Shown here: positions 24,291 to 36,997 of the stretch, piece by piece
Layout: each line of letters begins with the position of its first letter
Position numbering within the stretch: position 1 is the first letter of the stretch
Source of the DNA: Zootoca vivipara
Taxonomy: Eukaryota
Length of the DNA stretch: 64,000 nucleotides
Reading direction: 5' to 3'
NCBI RefSeq assembly: GCF_963506605.1
Contig: NC_083281.1
Span: 24,614,001 to 24,678,000, forward strand
Notes under the pieces: generated by a model
Told to the model about the DNA's origin: nothing
Databases searched by the model: none
Seen by the model: only the letters and a program-made list of their open reading frames with translations
Program-made: the position numbers and the translations under genes

Positions 24291-25049
24291 AGCACCTGTT
24301 TGAGCAGAACTGTGTGCTGGGCAGGGGAGGGCGAGAGGACAACTTGTAAACAGGATGCAATTTATGCTTCAAGATCATAAAACCCCAAAGCTACTTTCCC
24401 TTTCAAGGTTATGCAGGAAAAAAGTTGCAATAATCAGCAGCAGAGCATTTAGTAAGAAATACGCGCCTGTGCCAGTTTATTAGGCTTTTGTCGGAGATAA
24501 GCTCCAAGTACCTTCGTGATTTTAACCTGCATAGGGGTTTTCAGTCTCTGTTCGGGGTCTCCCATCAGAAGTACGCTATGTATGTCATCCCAAGATCAAA
24601 ACCAGTGATACACGGCCAACACTGCAGGTCTTCAGTGCACAGCTACAATGCACAGCCTATCTGTGAGTTTATGCACATTCCCAGTTTATAGACATTTACA
24701 GTGAAACCTGACAGGTCTGAGCAGCGCTCCATGTGAACCTATATAATATGACTTATGATACTTTTCCATTCTCAGACTTTTCTGCAATGCAAATGGGTCA
24801 CATGACAAATGAGGTGCATTTAGACAAGTTAGTGTTGAAAGGGTTCCCTTTAGAACAAAGTATCTCTGCACATGCTAATGCAATTCTTTCACTGTCACAC
24901 ACAAACACACCATCTTTTTAATGCAAATAACAGGAGAGGTCTAGAGAGAGGGTTGGAAAAAAGAACTTGACACACTTCAGATATGAGGCAGAACCTTGTT
25001 GCCATTGCATTCTTATATTAATAAGTCTGTGCCCAGTGTGCATCTACAC

Positions 25050-25700
25050 TGCCTACCAGCTCCATCTGGTATGCAGGCTGAGACCCTTCCTGCCTGCAGA
25101 TTTCTCGCCAAAGTGGTGCGTGCTCTAGTTATCTCCTGCTTAGACTACTCCAATGCGCTCTACGTGGGGCTACCTTTGAAGGTGACCCAGAAACTACAAT
25201 TAATCTAGAATGCAGTAGCTGAGAGTGACTGAGAGTGGTGACTGAGATTGGCCGCCGAGACCACATAACAATGGTCCTGAAAGATCTACATTGGCTCCCG
25301 GTACGTTTCCGATCACAATTCAAAGTGTTGGTGCTGACCTTTAAAACCCTAAATGGCCTCGGCCCAGTATACCTGAAGGAGCATCTCCACCCCTATAATT
25401 CTGTCCGGACACTGAGGCCCAGCGCCGAGGGCCTTCTGGCGGATTCCTCACTGAGAGAAGTGATGTTAAGAGGGGACCAGGCAGGGGGCCTTCTTGGTAG
25501 TGGCGCCCGCCCTGTGGAACGCCCTCCCATCAGATGTCAAGGAAATAAACAACTATCTGACTTTTAGAAGACATCTGAAGGCAGCCCTGTTTAGGGAAGT
25601 TTTTAATGTTTGATGTTTTATCATATTTTTAATATTCTATTGGAAGCAGTCCAGATGGGTGGGGTATAAATAAATTTTGTTGTTGTTGTTGTTGTTGTTG
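25050..25700 (+). mobile_element. L2-type LINE 3' fragment
   Basis: ISCLDYSNALYVGLPLK, LHWLPVRFR; 3' UTR matches 6335-6470. Confidence 0.8.
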
Positions 25701-25997
25701 TTATTCCATCTTATGTACTGCAGATGCAGGTCTGGTTGTGCAACCATGGGTCAGCCAAATTTCCCTCAAAGCACTGCTCTGCTCCCCCAGCCTGCCATTT
25801 ACACCCCAGCCTATGGATTTTATCCAACATTTCTCATGCTCAGAGCACACCAGCTGCAATGAATGCACCTGATTAACTAGAAGGGGTTAAAAAAAACTAG
25901 GCAATTTCTACAGTCCTTTGCAAATACTCTATTCTACACTGCAGTAGTAGGAAGGACAGGCTCTGCATAGTCCGCTTTCATCAATGCCACGTGGCTT

Positions 25998-26183
25998 GTT
26001 GTTGTTGTTATTGTTTAGTCCTTTAGCTGTGTCTGACTCTTCGTGACCCCATGGACCAGAGCACGCCAGGCACTCCTGTCTTGCACTGCCTCCCGCAGTT
26101 TGGTCAAACTCATGTTCGTAGCTTCGAGAACACTGTCCAACCATCTTGTCCTCTGTCGTCCCCTTCTCCTAGTGCCCTCAATC
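25998..26183 (-). mobile_element. Bov-B (RTE) LINE 3' fragment
   Basis: Encodes KIEGTRRRGRQRTRWLD...WRALVHGVTKS; (ACA)n tail; TSD GCCACGTGGCTT at 25986-25997 and 26198-26209; absent at the paralogous site 39831. Confidence 0.85.
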
Positions 26184-26307
26184 TTGTCTGCACCTAAGCC
26201 ACGTGGCTTAAGTGCAGACAACTCAGGTGCTGCTGGGACTGGCACAGAGGCAACAACAGCAGAGGTAAAGGATTGCCCACATAGGATGCTTCCACATGTG
26301 ATATTTT

Positions 26308-26593
26308 GGGACTTCCCAGAAAAGGCAGCATCCCCGCTATTCGAACGGGCTGCTTGGAGCTCCCTCGGGCAAGGAATGCGGCTGCGGCTATTTGTTGCGA
26401 ATGCGATCTTATCTCATCCTCGCTGGTTATCTTCGTTTTCGTGTTTGCTTTTAGTTGTGTGGTGATCCGGAGGGAGAGGGTATAAGAGGGAGACAGAGGG
26501 AGAGAGCAGGACGGAGAAAAGCGTGAGGAACCTCGAAGCAAAACCTCTGATAAGAGGACTGAGCTTGACTGCAAAAAATCGGTCCGGTAGCAG
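26308..26593 (+). promoter_or_regulatory. IRG promoter / first-exon module P2 (likely for the gene at 30292)
   Basis: kB GGGACTTCCC (26308-26317) overlapping GAS TTCCCAGAA (26313-26321); ISRE-like 26432-26452; TATAAG at 26481; donor CAG|GTAAGG at 26594. Confidence 0.7.
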
Positions 26594-28030
26594 GTAAGGA
26601 GTTGAACTTTTCTCCTGGGTCTAGAATGATTTCCGTTTCTTTTTGAGCTTATTTGCGTTAAAGGAGACTCTGAGCTCCTTGCTTGGTGCAGGCGGCAGAA
26701 CGATTACATATTGTTTTTTTTTTACCTTTTACTTTTTAAAATTGTGATTTTTTTTACCTTTAACCTTATTATATTTATTATATTAATTATAGTATAGCTA
26801 TTGTGATGCTACGTATATCATATTACTGTATATCTAGTGCTTTTCCCCCCTTAAAAATGTTTAGGGGTACTCTCATTTTGACTCAAGAAAATCACCATTT
26901 TATCATTCAAATCGGGAAATATAAATAGAGTAAATGGAGAGAAGTTTAAAGAACATGCATTTCCTCCTATCACACAGCTGACAGCTCACAGTAACTTCAA
27001 CATTGGCATGAGGTTGTGTGCACTAACATCTTCCTGATTCCTTTCTGAGAAAGGAAAGGAAGTCGCCATCGGAGCTGGTAACAACAAAATGTTTGTGGTA
27101 TGTGTACCCCTGCGTCGTCCCCCCGGAAAAATCACTGGTCATATCATATTATAAACATCATCATCATTATTACAATGATGTTCTAGAAGGCTGCCCTTTT
27201 CCCCCTGGCAAATGGAATAAATAACATGCCATCACCATGGAGCAGAGCTGCTGCTACCAATTTATACTGTAGTTCAAATCGGGGAAAATAAATACAGTAA
27301 ATGGAAAAAAAGTAGCAAAGGTTCACAAAAAATGTTTTGGGGTAAACTCGGGAAACCCCCTCAGCGCCCTCCCCCCCCCCAACGATCTGCTCCCCATTCT
27401 TCCCTAGGTCACTCTGCTGAACATCTGGATCGCCACGGGTTTGTCTTGAAAGGTATGCGTGGGGGTGGGGTGCCTGGACTGGAGGGGTGGGTGAGAGCAG
27501 CTGTGGGCCGTGGCCAAAGTTTAGCCGGAGTTGAGTTCAGATCGGGAGCAATTCAGATTGCAGGGAAAGAGAAGTTTTCCCCAAAGCGGCTGGCTCCGCA
27601 AGATCAAGATATCCCCTTCGCCCACCCCGCCTCCCGACCGGTGGATCGATGGGAATCTGCCACTGAGGTCGCGGGAGGACAATCAGAGTCCCGCCTGCAA
27701 AAGGACGGGATACAGCGGGAGGTGTTGGAAGGAAAATGTGGACCGGTGGGCACACACTTGACTCGGAAAGCCAGCCTCCCATCCACCTGGATCCTGGGGA
27801 AAGCGAAGATCCGGCCCTGACACCTTAGTGGACTTTTCAAAGTCTTTCTGTTTGTGCTTTTTCAAAGCAGGGGCAAATGTCGTTTCAGTAGGTGGCCCTT
27901 GGCTTAAAATGAAGTTTGGAAACTGTTGCTCTGGGTGCCTTGAAGGTACTTGAGAGGTAGGAACGGGCTCAGGATAGGACGTTCAAAAACAAGAGCGCAG
28001 GACAACAGACGAGTTGCTATGAGTCATAGC

Positions 28031-28120
28031 CATAGCTGCCAAGTTTTCCCTTTTCCCGCGAGGAAGCCTAGTCAGCATAAGGGAATTTCCCTTAAAAAAA
28101 GGGAGAACTTGGCAGCTATG
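28031..28120 (+). mobile_element. 90-bp hAT MITE carrying an NF-kB consensus
   Basis: TIR CATAGCTGCCAAG / CTTGGCAGCTATG; TSD GTCATAGC; GGGAATTTCC at 28081-28090. Confidence 0.9.
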
Positions 28121-28727
28121 GTCATAGCTCTCTCTTTCCTGTTGTGCTTCTGGGAAGCGTCTGCTTAGCCACACTGGAATGCAGGATGGCAGAATGCATT
28201 GGCCTTTGGGCCGATGCAGCAGGGCTCTTAACAACAACAACAACAACAACAACAACAACTTCTTATTCTGTCAGTGCAGGATACTTAGCTGGAGACAAGC
28301 AAGTACTCAGATAAATGTTTTCTCCCTCTCTCCTAACCCTAGAACTTGTAGACTCCAAGGAAGCTGCATGTCGGAAGATTCAGGGCAGAGAAAAGAAAGT
28401 ACTGGTTCAGGCAGCACAGTTAAAACTATCTGGAACTCTCTCCCTCAGGAGGCAGTGATGGCCACCAACTCTGGAGAATTAAACAGATTCATGGAGGATA
28501 AAGTCTATCAGAGGCTACTAGCCACAATGGTTATGTTCTGCTTTTCTTCTGACTTGAGACCATTTGCTATTTAGATTAATACTAATATTGTCTACATGAA
28601 CCAGTAGTGACTCGCTAGGATTCACTTCTTGGAATAAGGAAAGTGCACCAGAAAGTTGTTTGCATAACTCTGCAAACAAATCAGAATGAATGTCATGGAC
28701 AGTTTTCCTTAATACACACAGCATATT

Positions 28728-29108
28728 GACGTGGGTGGCGCTGTGGGTTAAACCACAGAGCCTAGGGCTTGCCAATCAGAAGGTCAGCGGTTTGAATCCC
28801 TGCGACAGGGTGAGCTCCCATTGCTCGGTCCCAGCTCCTGTCATCCTAGCAGTTCAAAAGCACGTTAAAGTGCAAGTAGACAAATGGCATGCCAGTGCAA
28901 GTAGATAAATAGGTAGCGCTCCGGCGGGAAGATAAGCAGCATTTCTGTGCACTGCTCTGCTTCGCCAGAAGTGGCTTAGTCATGCTGGCCACATGACCTG
29001 GAAGCTGTACGCCGGCTCCCTTGTCCAGTACAGCGAGATGAGTGCCGCAACCCCAAAGTCGTCCGCTGACTGGACCTAATGGTCAGGGGTCCCTTTACCT
29101 TTACCTTT
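28728..29108 (+). mobile_element. Sauria SINE
   Basis: tRNA-like head GGTGGCGCTGTGGGTTAAACC...GGTTTGAATCCC; tail CCCTTTACCTTTACCTTTA. Confidence 0.85.
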
Positions 29109-30291
29109 ATTGATCTTTAAGACACACACATACAAGAGGGAGATAGAGCATTTCATTTCCTTTGCCCATTCAGACTACTTATTTCACAGAAGAGGGAAAC
29201 CCTTGGCATTGCATTTCGATTTTTGTCTGCTTTTAGAAAGAAGGGGGGGGGGAGAAAAACCTGTAAAAAAATATATAGAACATTATCATTACTTACACAG
29301 CACTGATGCCAAAGCATAGTAATGTGTATAAACAATATTTTGTTATTCATACCTTGCTGTCTTTCTCAAGGGAAACTTTTTAAAAAAATCATTATATTCT
29401 CCTATGGAAGCTTTAAGTTCTTCTCCTTCTCCTTCATTTGATTTCTCACCCGACCCTTTGCAATAAAGTCCCATGGGTGGATTGCAACAATCTAAAGTGC
29501 AATGTTAGAAACGGTTTAAAACACCCGGAGGTGTCTCTTCAGCATGCAAACACTGTTGAATGGGAATGATACAATGAAGGTGTTGGTCACACACTTGTAG
29601 GGAGGGAATTCCACAATTCAGGGGCTGTCATTTGGGGCCTAAGTCATTTTAGGGCATTAATCACTAGTGCAATAGTGATTTAAATTGGCTATGCACCAAC
29701 AGCTTATATGATGCTTCTTTTTTGCCCTGGGAGAAATGAAAGTCAAGAGTTATAAGTCAAAAGTCAGTTTGAGGGCCACATTCCGTACAGTCAAGCAAGA
29801 GGCATTATCAGAGTTCAATGGCATAAACATGGAGATGTGAAGTAGGGCAGCTGAGGGGTGTGGCCTGAGGAGAGTTCTGAGGGCCATATAGAGAGGCCTG
29901 GAGGGCCACATTTTGCCCAAGGACCTATGGTTCCCTACCCGTGAACAAAAAAAGGGAAGCAGGCTTTAGAGGTCAGAGCCAGGAAGCCCTAATTTCCCCC
30001 CATCCTGATAACCTCTCACATAATTTTTTTTGGATGGAAATAAGGCCCTATTTATAACATAAACATTATTCAAGACAACGTTGGCCCATTTTCTCTTTCT
30101 CCAAATATCCAGCCCAGAGCTGAGCTGGAAACATGGCTCTCTAAATGAAAAAAAGGTGCCCTGTTTCATGCTATCTCCTCAGATGATGTCTCAGATGTGG
30201 AACACATTGTCCCACAATAAGTGAAGCTTGTTTAATGTCTCCTTATGTGTTGCATTCTCTCCCCTTTCCTGCCAGGCCTCGACACGATCCT

Positions 30292-31530
30292 ATGGCAGTT
30301 CAGCCACCGCCAGATTCCCAAAAGCAAGCCTCTGCATGTGCAGAAGAATATGATATCATCACTGAAGAAGACATCGAAGAGATTAGGAATGCACTTGAAG
30401 GAGGAAGAATGGCAGAAGCAGCGTCCAAAATATTGGAAAACCTGCAGAATTTGGAGCATGCCCGGCTGGACATTGCAGTAACAGGAGAGGCTGGCGCCGG
30501 CAAGTCCTCATTTGTCAATGCCATTCGAGGCCTAGGGGATGAAGACGAAGGATCTGCCGCCACTGGGGTTGTAGAGACCACGATGGTGCCCACTCCTTAT
30601 CCACACCCCAAGCACCCCAACGTGATTGTGTGGGATCTGCCCGGAATCGGGACTCCAGATTTCCAGTCCAGCACTTACCTGGAGCAGGTCAACTTCTCCC
30701 GCTATGACTTCTTTATTCTCATTGCCTCAGAACGCTTCAAGTCCAACCATGCCCATTTGGCGCAGGAAATCCAGCAGATGGGCAAATGCTTCTACTTCGT
30801 GCGCTCGAAGGTAGATGCAGATCTAGAGGCCACCAAAAAGCGCCGGCCAAAAGCCTACGACGAGGAGGCGATACTGAGGAAGATTCGAGAGAATTGCGAA
30901 GCGTGCCTTCAGGCCGAAGGAGTGGCTGCTCCCCAGGTCTTCCTCCTTTCCAGCTGGGAGCTAAAAAAGTACGACTTCATAAAGCTTGAGGAGACGCTGG
31001 AGAAGGAGTTGCCGAGCCACAAGAGACATGCCTTCCTCATGGCCCTGCCAAACATCTCTTTGGCCATCTTGCAGAAGAAGAAAGAGGCCTTGCAGAAGCA
31101 AATCTGGAAGCTGGCTACCGTCTCATGCGGAATAGCAGCTGTGCCCATCCCAGGCCTCTCTGTAGCTTGCGATACAGCTATTCTGGTTAAGTCTCTTTCG
31201 GAATACCGTCAGAACTTTGGCCTGGACGAAGAATCCCTCGGCAAATTAGCTGAGAAAGTTGGCAAGACTGTGGAGGAGCTTAAAGAGGTGATCAAGTCAC
31301 CACTGGCCAAAGAAATCTCCAGGGACCTTGTAGTGAAGATGCTAACCAAAGCCGGTGGTGGGGCGTTGATGCTGGTGGAGTACTTTGCCAGCACAATCCC
31401 TGTATTTGGCTCCATGACAGCTGGAGGGATATCCTTTGGAACCACCTATTACATGCTTTACAGCTTCCTAGACGAGGTGGCAGGTGATGCTCAGCGTGTC
31501 CTCATCAAGGCCTTTGAGTCTGATGTTTGA
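30292..31530 (+). CDS. Immunity-related GTPase, IRGC-like / interferon-inducible GTPase 5-like (412 aa, canonical GKS type)
   Basis: Acceptor CCCTTTCCTGCCAG| at 30276, so the real ATG is 30292; G1 GEAGAGKS, switch I AATGVVETT, DLPG, SKVD, complete C-terminal domain (VPIPGLS, FGLDEESL). Confidence 0.93.
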   Translation: MAVQPPPDSQKQASACAEEYDIITEEDIEEIRNALEGGRMAEAASKILENLQNLEHARLDIAVTGEAGAGKSSFVNAIRGLGDEDEGSAATGVVETTMVPTPYPHPKHPNVIVWDLPGIGTPDFQSSTYLEQVNFSRYDFFILIASERFKSNHAHLAQEIQQMGKCFYFVRSKVDADLEATKKRRPKAYDEEAILRKIRENCEACLQAEGVAAPQVFLLSSWELKKYDFIKLEETLEKELPSHKRHAFLMALPNISLAILQKKKEALQKQIWKLATVSCGIAAVPIPGLSVACDTAILVKSLSEYRQNFGLDEESLGKLAEKVGKTVEELKEVIKSPLAKEISRDLVVKMLTKAGGGALMLVEYFASTIPVFGSMTAGGISFGTTYYMLYSFLDEVAGDAQRVLIKAFESDV

Positions 31531-34318
31531 AGGAGTTCTTCGGATCTCATGTAGTGGACCATGATGGGTGCTTAGCTTCTAAATGTATGGAATGGCACCA
31601 AATTGAACAGAGCTCTGTCCTTGCAAGCTCAGGATTAAGCTCACTTAATTCTCTCTTTTTTAATGGTGCCTACAATTATGGGGAAAGGGCTTTGCTTGTT
31701 GCATAGTTTCAACACGGTATCTTTCCAATTCCAGCAAAGGAATCCTGGGAACTAAATGGGGATTTCTTAAAGAATGCCAGCACCCTAACAAAACTACAAT
31801 TCCCAGGGTCCTTTGTTGGAAAGCTGTGGCAGTTAAACCTAGAATGAAGCTGGATGAAACTTGTCTTGTAGATGTGAGCCATATGCATTTGACGGGAGGC
31901 CTTTTGGGATTGGCTTGCTTCCTTTAGTGAAAAACTGGATGATGAATGTTTAATTTTGTTTTAATGTTACTACTCTAATAACTTTATAACTAAAGCCAAG
32001 ATTGTGCTGTTTTAGACCCGGTGGAGCTCCTGGGTAAACGTTCAGGGCTTAACTTAACAAAGAACTGGAATACAAATCAGTTCCCTTTTTACTAGTGGTT
32101 CAAGCCACAGATTGTGACAACCTGAATCTTTAGGCCTGTCTTGCTTTCCTTTCTTTTTTCCTTTTGGAATAATAAAATGTGTCTAACCTAAAGCATCTAG
32201 AGTGTACAAGTTCCTTGGTTTGAAGCAGAAGATTTAAAACAAGTGGCATCTTCTCACTCATAAGTAACTCTGAGCCAGGTCCCATTGTCCTCTAGGAAAA
32301 ACTTTTATCTGGCCAGCTCCAATCCCATTAGCTATATTGGAACTCCAGGTTAATTTCTAGATTTAAGCAACAGCCAATACTAATGAGGAAAAAATTAAAG
32401 GCTGGGAGAAATTTTAATGGGATGGGGCACACATTTTACACAAGCCTTCTGGGAGCTGTAGGTAAGCCCAATTACAGTTTGTTCAGATTTTAAAAAAATG
32501 CATTCTTTGCCAAATGAAATACTGAGCTTGGCTAATAACCCAAGGAAGTTTAACCAATTTGTTAAGCAAATCCTCTCTACTGATGACCTAGCGATACAAA
32601 CTTTAGACCACGATTCTGAGTACACCTGTCGCTTAACAAGTAAGACTAGTAAACTATGGCTTTAGTTTTATAAACTTAATTCATACAAGACATGTTGGAG
32701 CTACCTATTATGAGCCAAAATCTAAATTTCCATGTTTCTTATGAATCCTGTTCTAATCAAACATGGTAAGCAGGTTTTTTGGGCATAAGACGACTTATGA
32801 AAACTAAGTACAGAAACCATACGAGAATTCCAGGGGTGTCAGATCTCAATTGCTGTGATGTAGCTTTCCAGACAGCAGAATGTTTCATGTTTCCTGGGGC
32901 ACTGCTCTGCCATCTAACCTTTCTCTGAGGCCAAAGCATGATGTGGTTATGTCTACGAAAGTTATCTCCAACCACATCTATGAAGCATGACAGGTATCAT
33001 GTCACAGACGAAAAGCTCTCAGGGGATTTGGCTGTAGTGCATGTACTTCACTTCTGCCACAAAGTCAGTGACAGTCAGCAGAAGAGGCTGTCATGACGAC
33101 GGTAGGAAGCGATGGAGGGAAAAGCAGTGAAGTGTCAGCGTCATTCCTGACAGCGGATTTGGCACTTCAAAAGGCATTTGCTGAGAAACATTCCCTGGAG
33201 GAAATATCCTGGCAAAGCAGCACCCAGCACAGGTTGAGTCTTCTGATACCCCTTCTTCAGAGGGATGCCATTACGGATATTATTCTTTCAATAATTATAT
33301 ATAATAGGCCAGGCTATGCTCAACATATAGGCATCTATGCGTATCCACACTAGAGATACTGTTAACAGAGGAGGCAGTCTGGAGTTTTTTGGGGGAAAGC
33401 CTCACACAACGTGAAACAGCACAAACAATTTATTAAACAAGAATGTCATATTCCCCAAAGGGAAGTTACTCTTAACTCACATTGCGGCAGGAACAAGAAA
33501 GCTAGGCTTGGATCGAGGAAAGGGGCAGACTTGAGGGGGAGATGCGTTGGGTTCCACATCCCTCAAAATGGAAGGTTATGAGCAACACACTCGACTACAG
33601 GGAAGTACTATCTCAACATATACAAAGCAACAACTCTCGCTCCCCACTGACCTTTGCCCTGACCCACCACTGCAACTGTGGATAATTTTTTTTTTCTGCC
33701 CAGAGGGTAGGAGGAGGTTACAGGTGGTTCTGTCATAACTCCTACACTGGCTTCTGCTTTCTGGAGGGAGTCGCAGCCCATGAGAAGACATGCATAGCTC
33801 TCTCGTCTTTGCATGTAGGTGGGAACGGAGCAAGACCCATGCTGGGCGGCAGGCAGTACGGTGGCCCAGTAGGGACACCACACCAATCCTGTGTTTTTGC
33901 TCCTTGCAACTTGCATAGCATCACCGAAGGAGGGCTAGGGCCCACCCCCAACAGCTCCCTCTCTGGGAGACACATGTCGCTTTGTGCCTCTGGACGCCGG
34001 CTCAGATGCCCTGGCCCACCCAGCTGGGGGGGGGGAGCCTGGCTGCTGTTCGGCAGCTACCAATGCGAGGATGTCACACTCAGGCCAGCTGCACTGCTGC
34101 ACTACTTGCCTTGATCTAATCCAGTGTGCTCACTGCGCCCACACATGAAAGAGTTGTCATATGGCATATCGGAGGCCATAATTTCACAAAATACACATAT
34201 ATGCGTACACTTTCATACCTTGCAACTTCATTACACCTAGAGTTCTGCAATGTAAGATTGCAGGAGAGTTTGAAACTTTCCCTCCACCTCCCGTGAGACT
34301 GATGATAATCCTCTACAG

Positions 34319-35787
34319 CACGGGTGTCAAACACAAGGCCCGGGGGCCTAATCCGGCCCGCCAGACCTCGTCATGTGGCCCGCGTAGCCGCTGCCGACAG
34401 TAGCCGCTGACAGTAGTTCTGGAGCCTGCGATTGGCCGAGGGTCAAAACCGGGGGCGGGGCTGCAGGCGGAGGCCGGGACGCTGGAGCCACGCTGACGGC
34501 CTTGGCCAGGGAATTTCAATTTCGAATGAGGCTGAGGGAGGCGGTGGCACAGCGGCCAGACGGGGAAGTGAGATGCAGGAGGAGGAGGAGGAAGCCCGCC
34601 GAGGAGGTAGGAAAGCCCTACAGGCGCCGCCGGCAAAGTTGGTGCCAGGACGGAGCAGCGTTGCATTTTTTTTTTTGGCGGGCTTTGCTGTTGTCTCCGA
34701 GAGCGAGTGAGGCGGCACTGGGGAGCCGCCGCCCGCCGCTTCCCTTCCTCTCCTCGGCTGCATCCGGGAGGTGGGCGAGCGAGCGGGCGAAAGGGACGCG
34801 GAGTGAGCCTGAGGGCGAAGCGCAACAGCCGCTCTCTTGATGGAGCCGGGTTTCTCTTCCCTCTTCCCCCGTTTTCTCCTCATAGACACTCGGGAGGGTG
34901 CCTGGCTTTTGCTCTGCCCCCCACCCCGAGCCGCCCTTTGGCTTCTCAGTTCCGGTGGAGCTGCTCCCCGGGGGGCGGCCGGGAGGGAGGCGGCGACGAC
35001 GGCACGGGTTCCTGCTCTTCCCGCTCTGCCGCCACATCCTCTCAGCCCCTCGTGATGTAGGGCTCCAGATGGAGTCGCCTCGCGGTTTGAGTAGGTGGGA
35101 GGGGAATTTTTTTTTGGGGGGAGGTTTTCAAGCCTCCTCTGCCTGCAGTCCCGGTAGGGAGAGGCGGCGGCGAAGACGACAACAGCGCGGGTGGGGGGAA
35201 GAGCAGCTCTGAGGTGAAGATGCACGTCCGCTGGGGCTGCCGCCACCTTCCTCCTCGGGAAACCCGCTGCCCTCCCTCAGCGCGAGGGGAAGGGACTCTG
35301 GCGCTGAGGAGGGAGGATGCAAAAGCAAAGCAGGGAGTTGGCGCTGCACCGCATGTTCCTGCCCCTTTCCAAAGCATGGGGTGGGTTGCAGCGTGTGGCA
35401 TCCTGCCTAGTGGGGTTTGGGTGTGCGCAGGGCGGGAGAGGGAAGCCCTCTTTCCATCTGCAGGTTTTTAATCCCAGCAGTGGCTTTCTCCTTCCTGCCG
35501 AAGGTTTAGTTGAGCGCCCCCCGCCCCCGGAAGCCATCAATCCCCACCGTTTGTTCAAATTTCCCTCGTTTACATCCCCTCCCACACACGCACCACGACG
35601 CAGGAATGTGATCCGCGTGGGGGCGGGAATGAGCTTACATTATTACAAAAAACAGTAATAATTGAATGCAGTGACAATAATTTATGATAATAAAGAGTGG
35701 ACACATAGTCCTACAGACACAACCGGCCCTTTGAGGGTGACCAAACTGCTGATGCGGCCCCAAATGAATTTGAGTTTGACACCCCTG
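34319..35787. mobile_element. 1469-bp non-autonomous hAT (Charlie-like) element with CpG-rich interior
   Basis: TIR CACGGGTGTCAAAC / GTTTGACACCCCTG; perfect TSD CTCTACAG at 34311-34318 and 35788-35795; paralogous empty site at ~22865. Confidence 0.95.
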
Positions 35788-35795
35788 CTCTACAG

Positions 35796-36005
35796 TATTT
35801 CCCGATTGCAGCAAATAGCAAAAGCAGCATTCCTCGCTAGGGGGAGCACGGAGCAGCTGCTTGATAGACGAGATTCTGCCTTTCCTGGGAAGGTCCCAAA
35901 GGATCACTTGTGAAACTTGAAGTGTCAGAGGTGGCTAATCCTTCACCTCTGTTGTTGTTGCCTCTGTGGCAGTCTCAGCAGCTCCCGAGTTGTCTGCAAG
36001 CCCAC
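35796..36005 (-). promoter_or_regulatory. Orphan upstream half of IRG promoter module (P3)
   Basis: kB GGGACCTTCC (35897-35888) and TTCCTGGGAA retained; ISRE and exon-1 part absent. Confidence 0.55.
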
Positions 36006-36997
36006 ACAATCCAAATACTGTATTGATAGGCTGCGTAAAGTGGAAGCGCTCTAAAGCTGTGGGGGTTTGGAGCGTCTTAGAGGAAATAGTATCCCATTTT
36101 TAAGAAAAGTTCTAACATTCTGCAGGGTGCCGAGCGGCTTCAGACAGAGCCTGCACGAAAAGCTAGCTTTGCAGACCGGGCAGGCAGGCAGGACATCAAA
36201 CTCTCCCCAGAGTGTTCTTAGATGGACAGCAAAGCCTTTGTCTCATCCGCCTTCCTCAACCTGAGAAAGATATGGTGCAAGGGGACATGGCGCAGCTACG
36301 CTCAAGGGCTTCTACAGCCATATGCAGAAAAGCTCACTTTTCATTCCCCCAGTTTGTGCTCCAGCTTCCTGCAGCCTGGGGAGCTCGAGTTCTGCCGCAC
36401 CCCTTGCAGACCGGGCAGGCAGAAAGGCAGCAGCTGGATCTGCGACTGCAGCAGGATTTTTTCCTATCGTGCCCTCAGTGCCAGCAGTGGCAATTTAAAT
36501 CTGATACAATACAATACAGTGTACAGTATTGCGATAAGTGTTCAGAAACGGCTCGCGCTAATACTGTAAAACTCTCTGTGGTGTGGCAGAATGGGACTTT
36601 CGGACTCTGAGATACAGTATGATAGCCATCTTCAGATATCTAAAGGCTTGCTATATGGAAGGCGGTGCAAGCTTGTTTTCTCCTGCTCCAGAGGGTCGGA
36701 CCTGAACAAACAGCTTCAAGTTACACGAAAGGAGATTCCGACTAAACACGAGAAAGAACTTTCTGACAGCAAGAGCTCTTTGACAGTCAGACGGACTCCC
36801 TCTGGAGTATTACCGGTAGTATTAACAACATAACTTTTAAAATTGGTGTGGAAGATGAATGCAGAAGAGGACAATTCTAGATACACAGGAATGGAAACGA
36901 TGAAATAAATCTGTTGAGTCAGTGGTGCTTTTATGTATAAATTACGTAATCTGTTTAAAGTCTGTATTATATCAGCATCTTTCTCCTGAGTTTTGAT

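Larger units (their letters stand above)
22808..27258 (+). repeat. Segmental duplication copy 1 (divergent promoter pair block)
   Basis: Collinear homology with 34250-40572, including shared CR1 and L2 fragments. Confidence 0.85.

Noticed and set aside
28728-28810. tRNA-like A/B box sequence
   Set aside because: Head of a Sauria SINE, not a tRNA gene
34313-35658. Many overlapping ORFs up to 267 aa
   Set aside because: Stop-codon scarcity inside a GC-rich non-autonomous hAT; no transposase or other motifs
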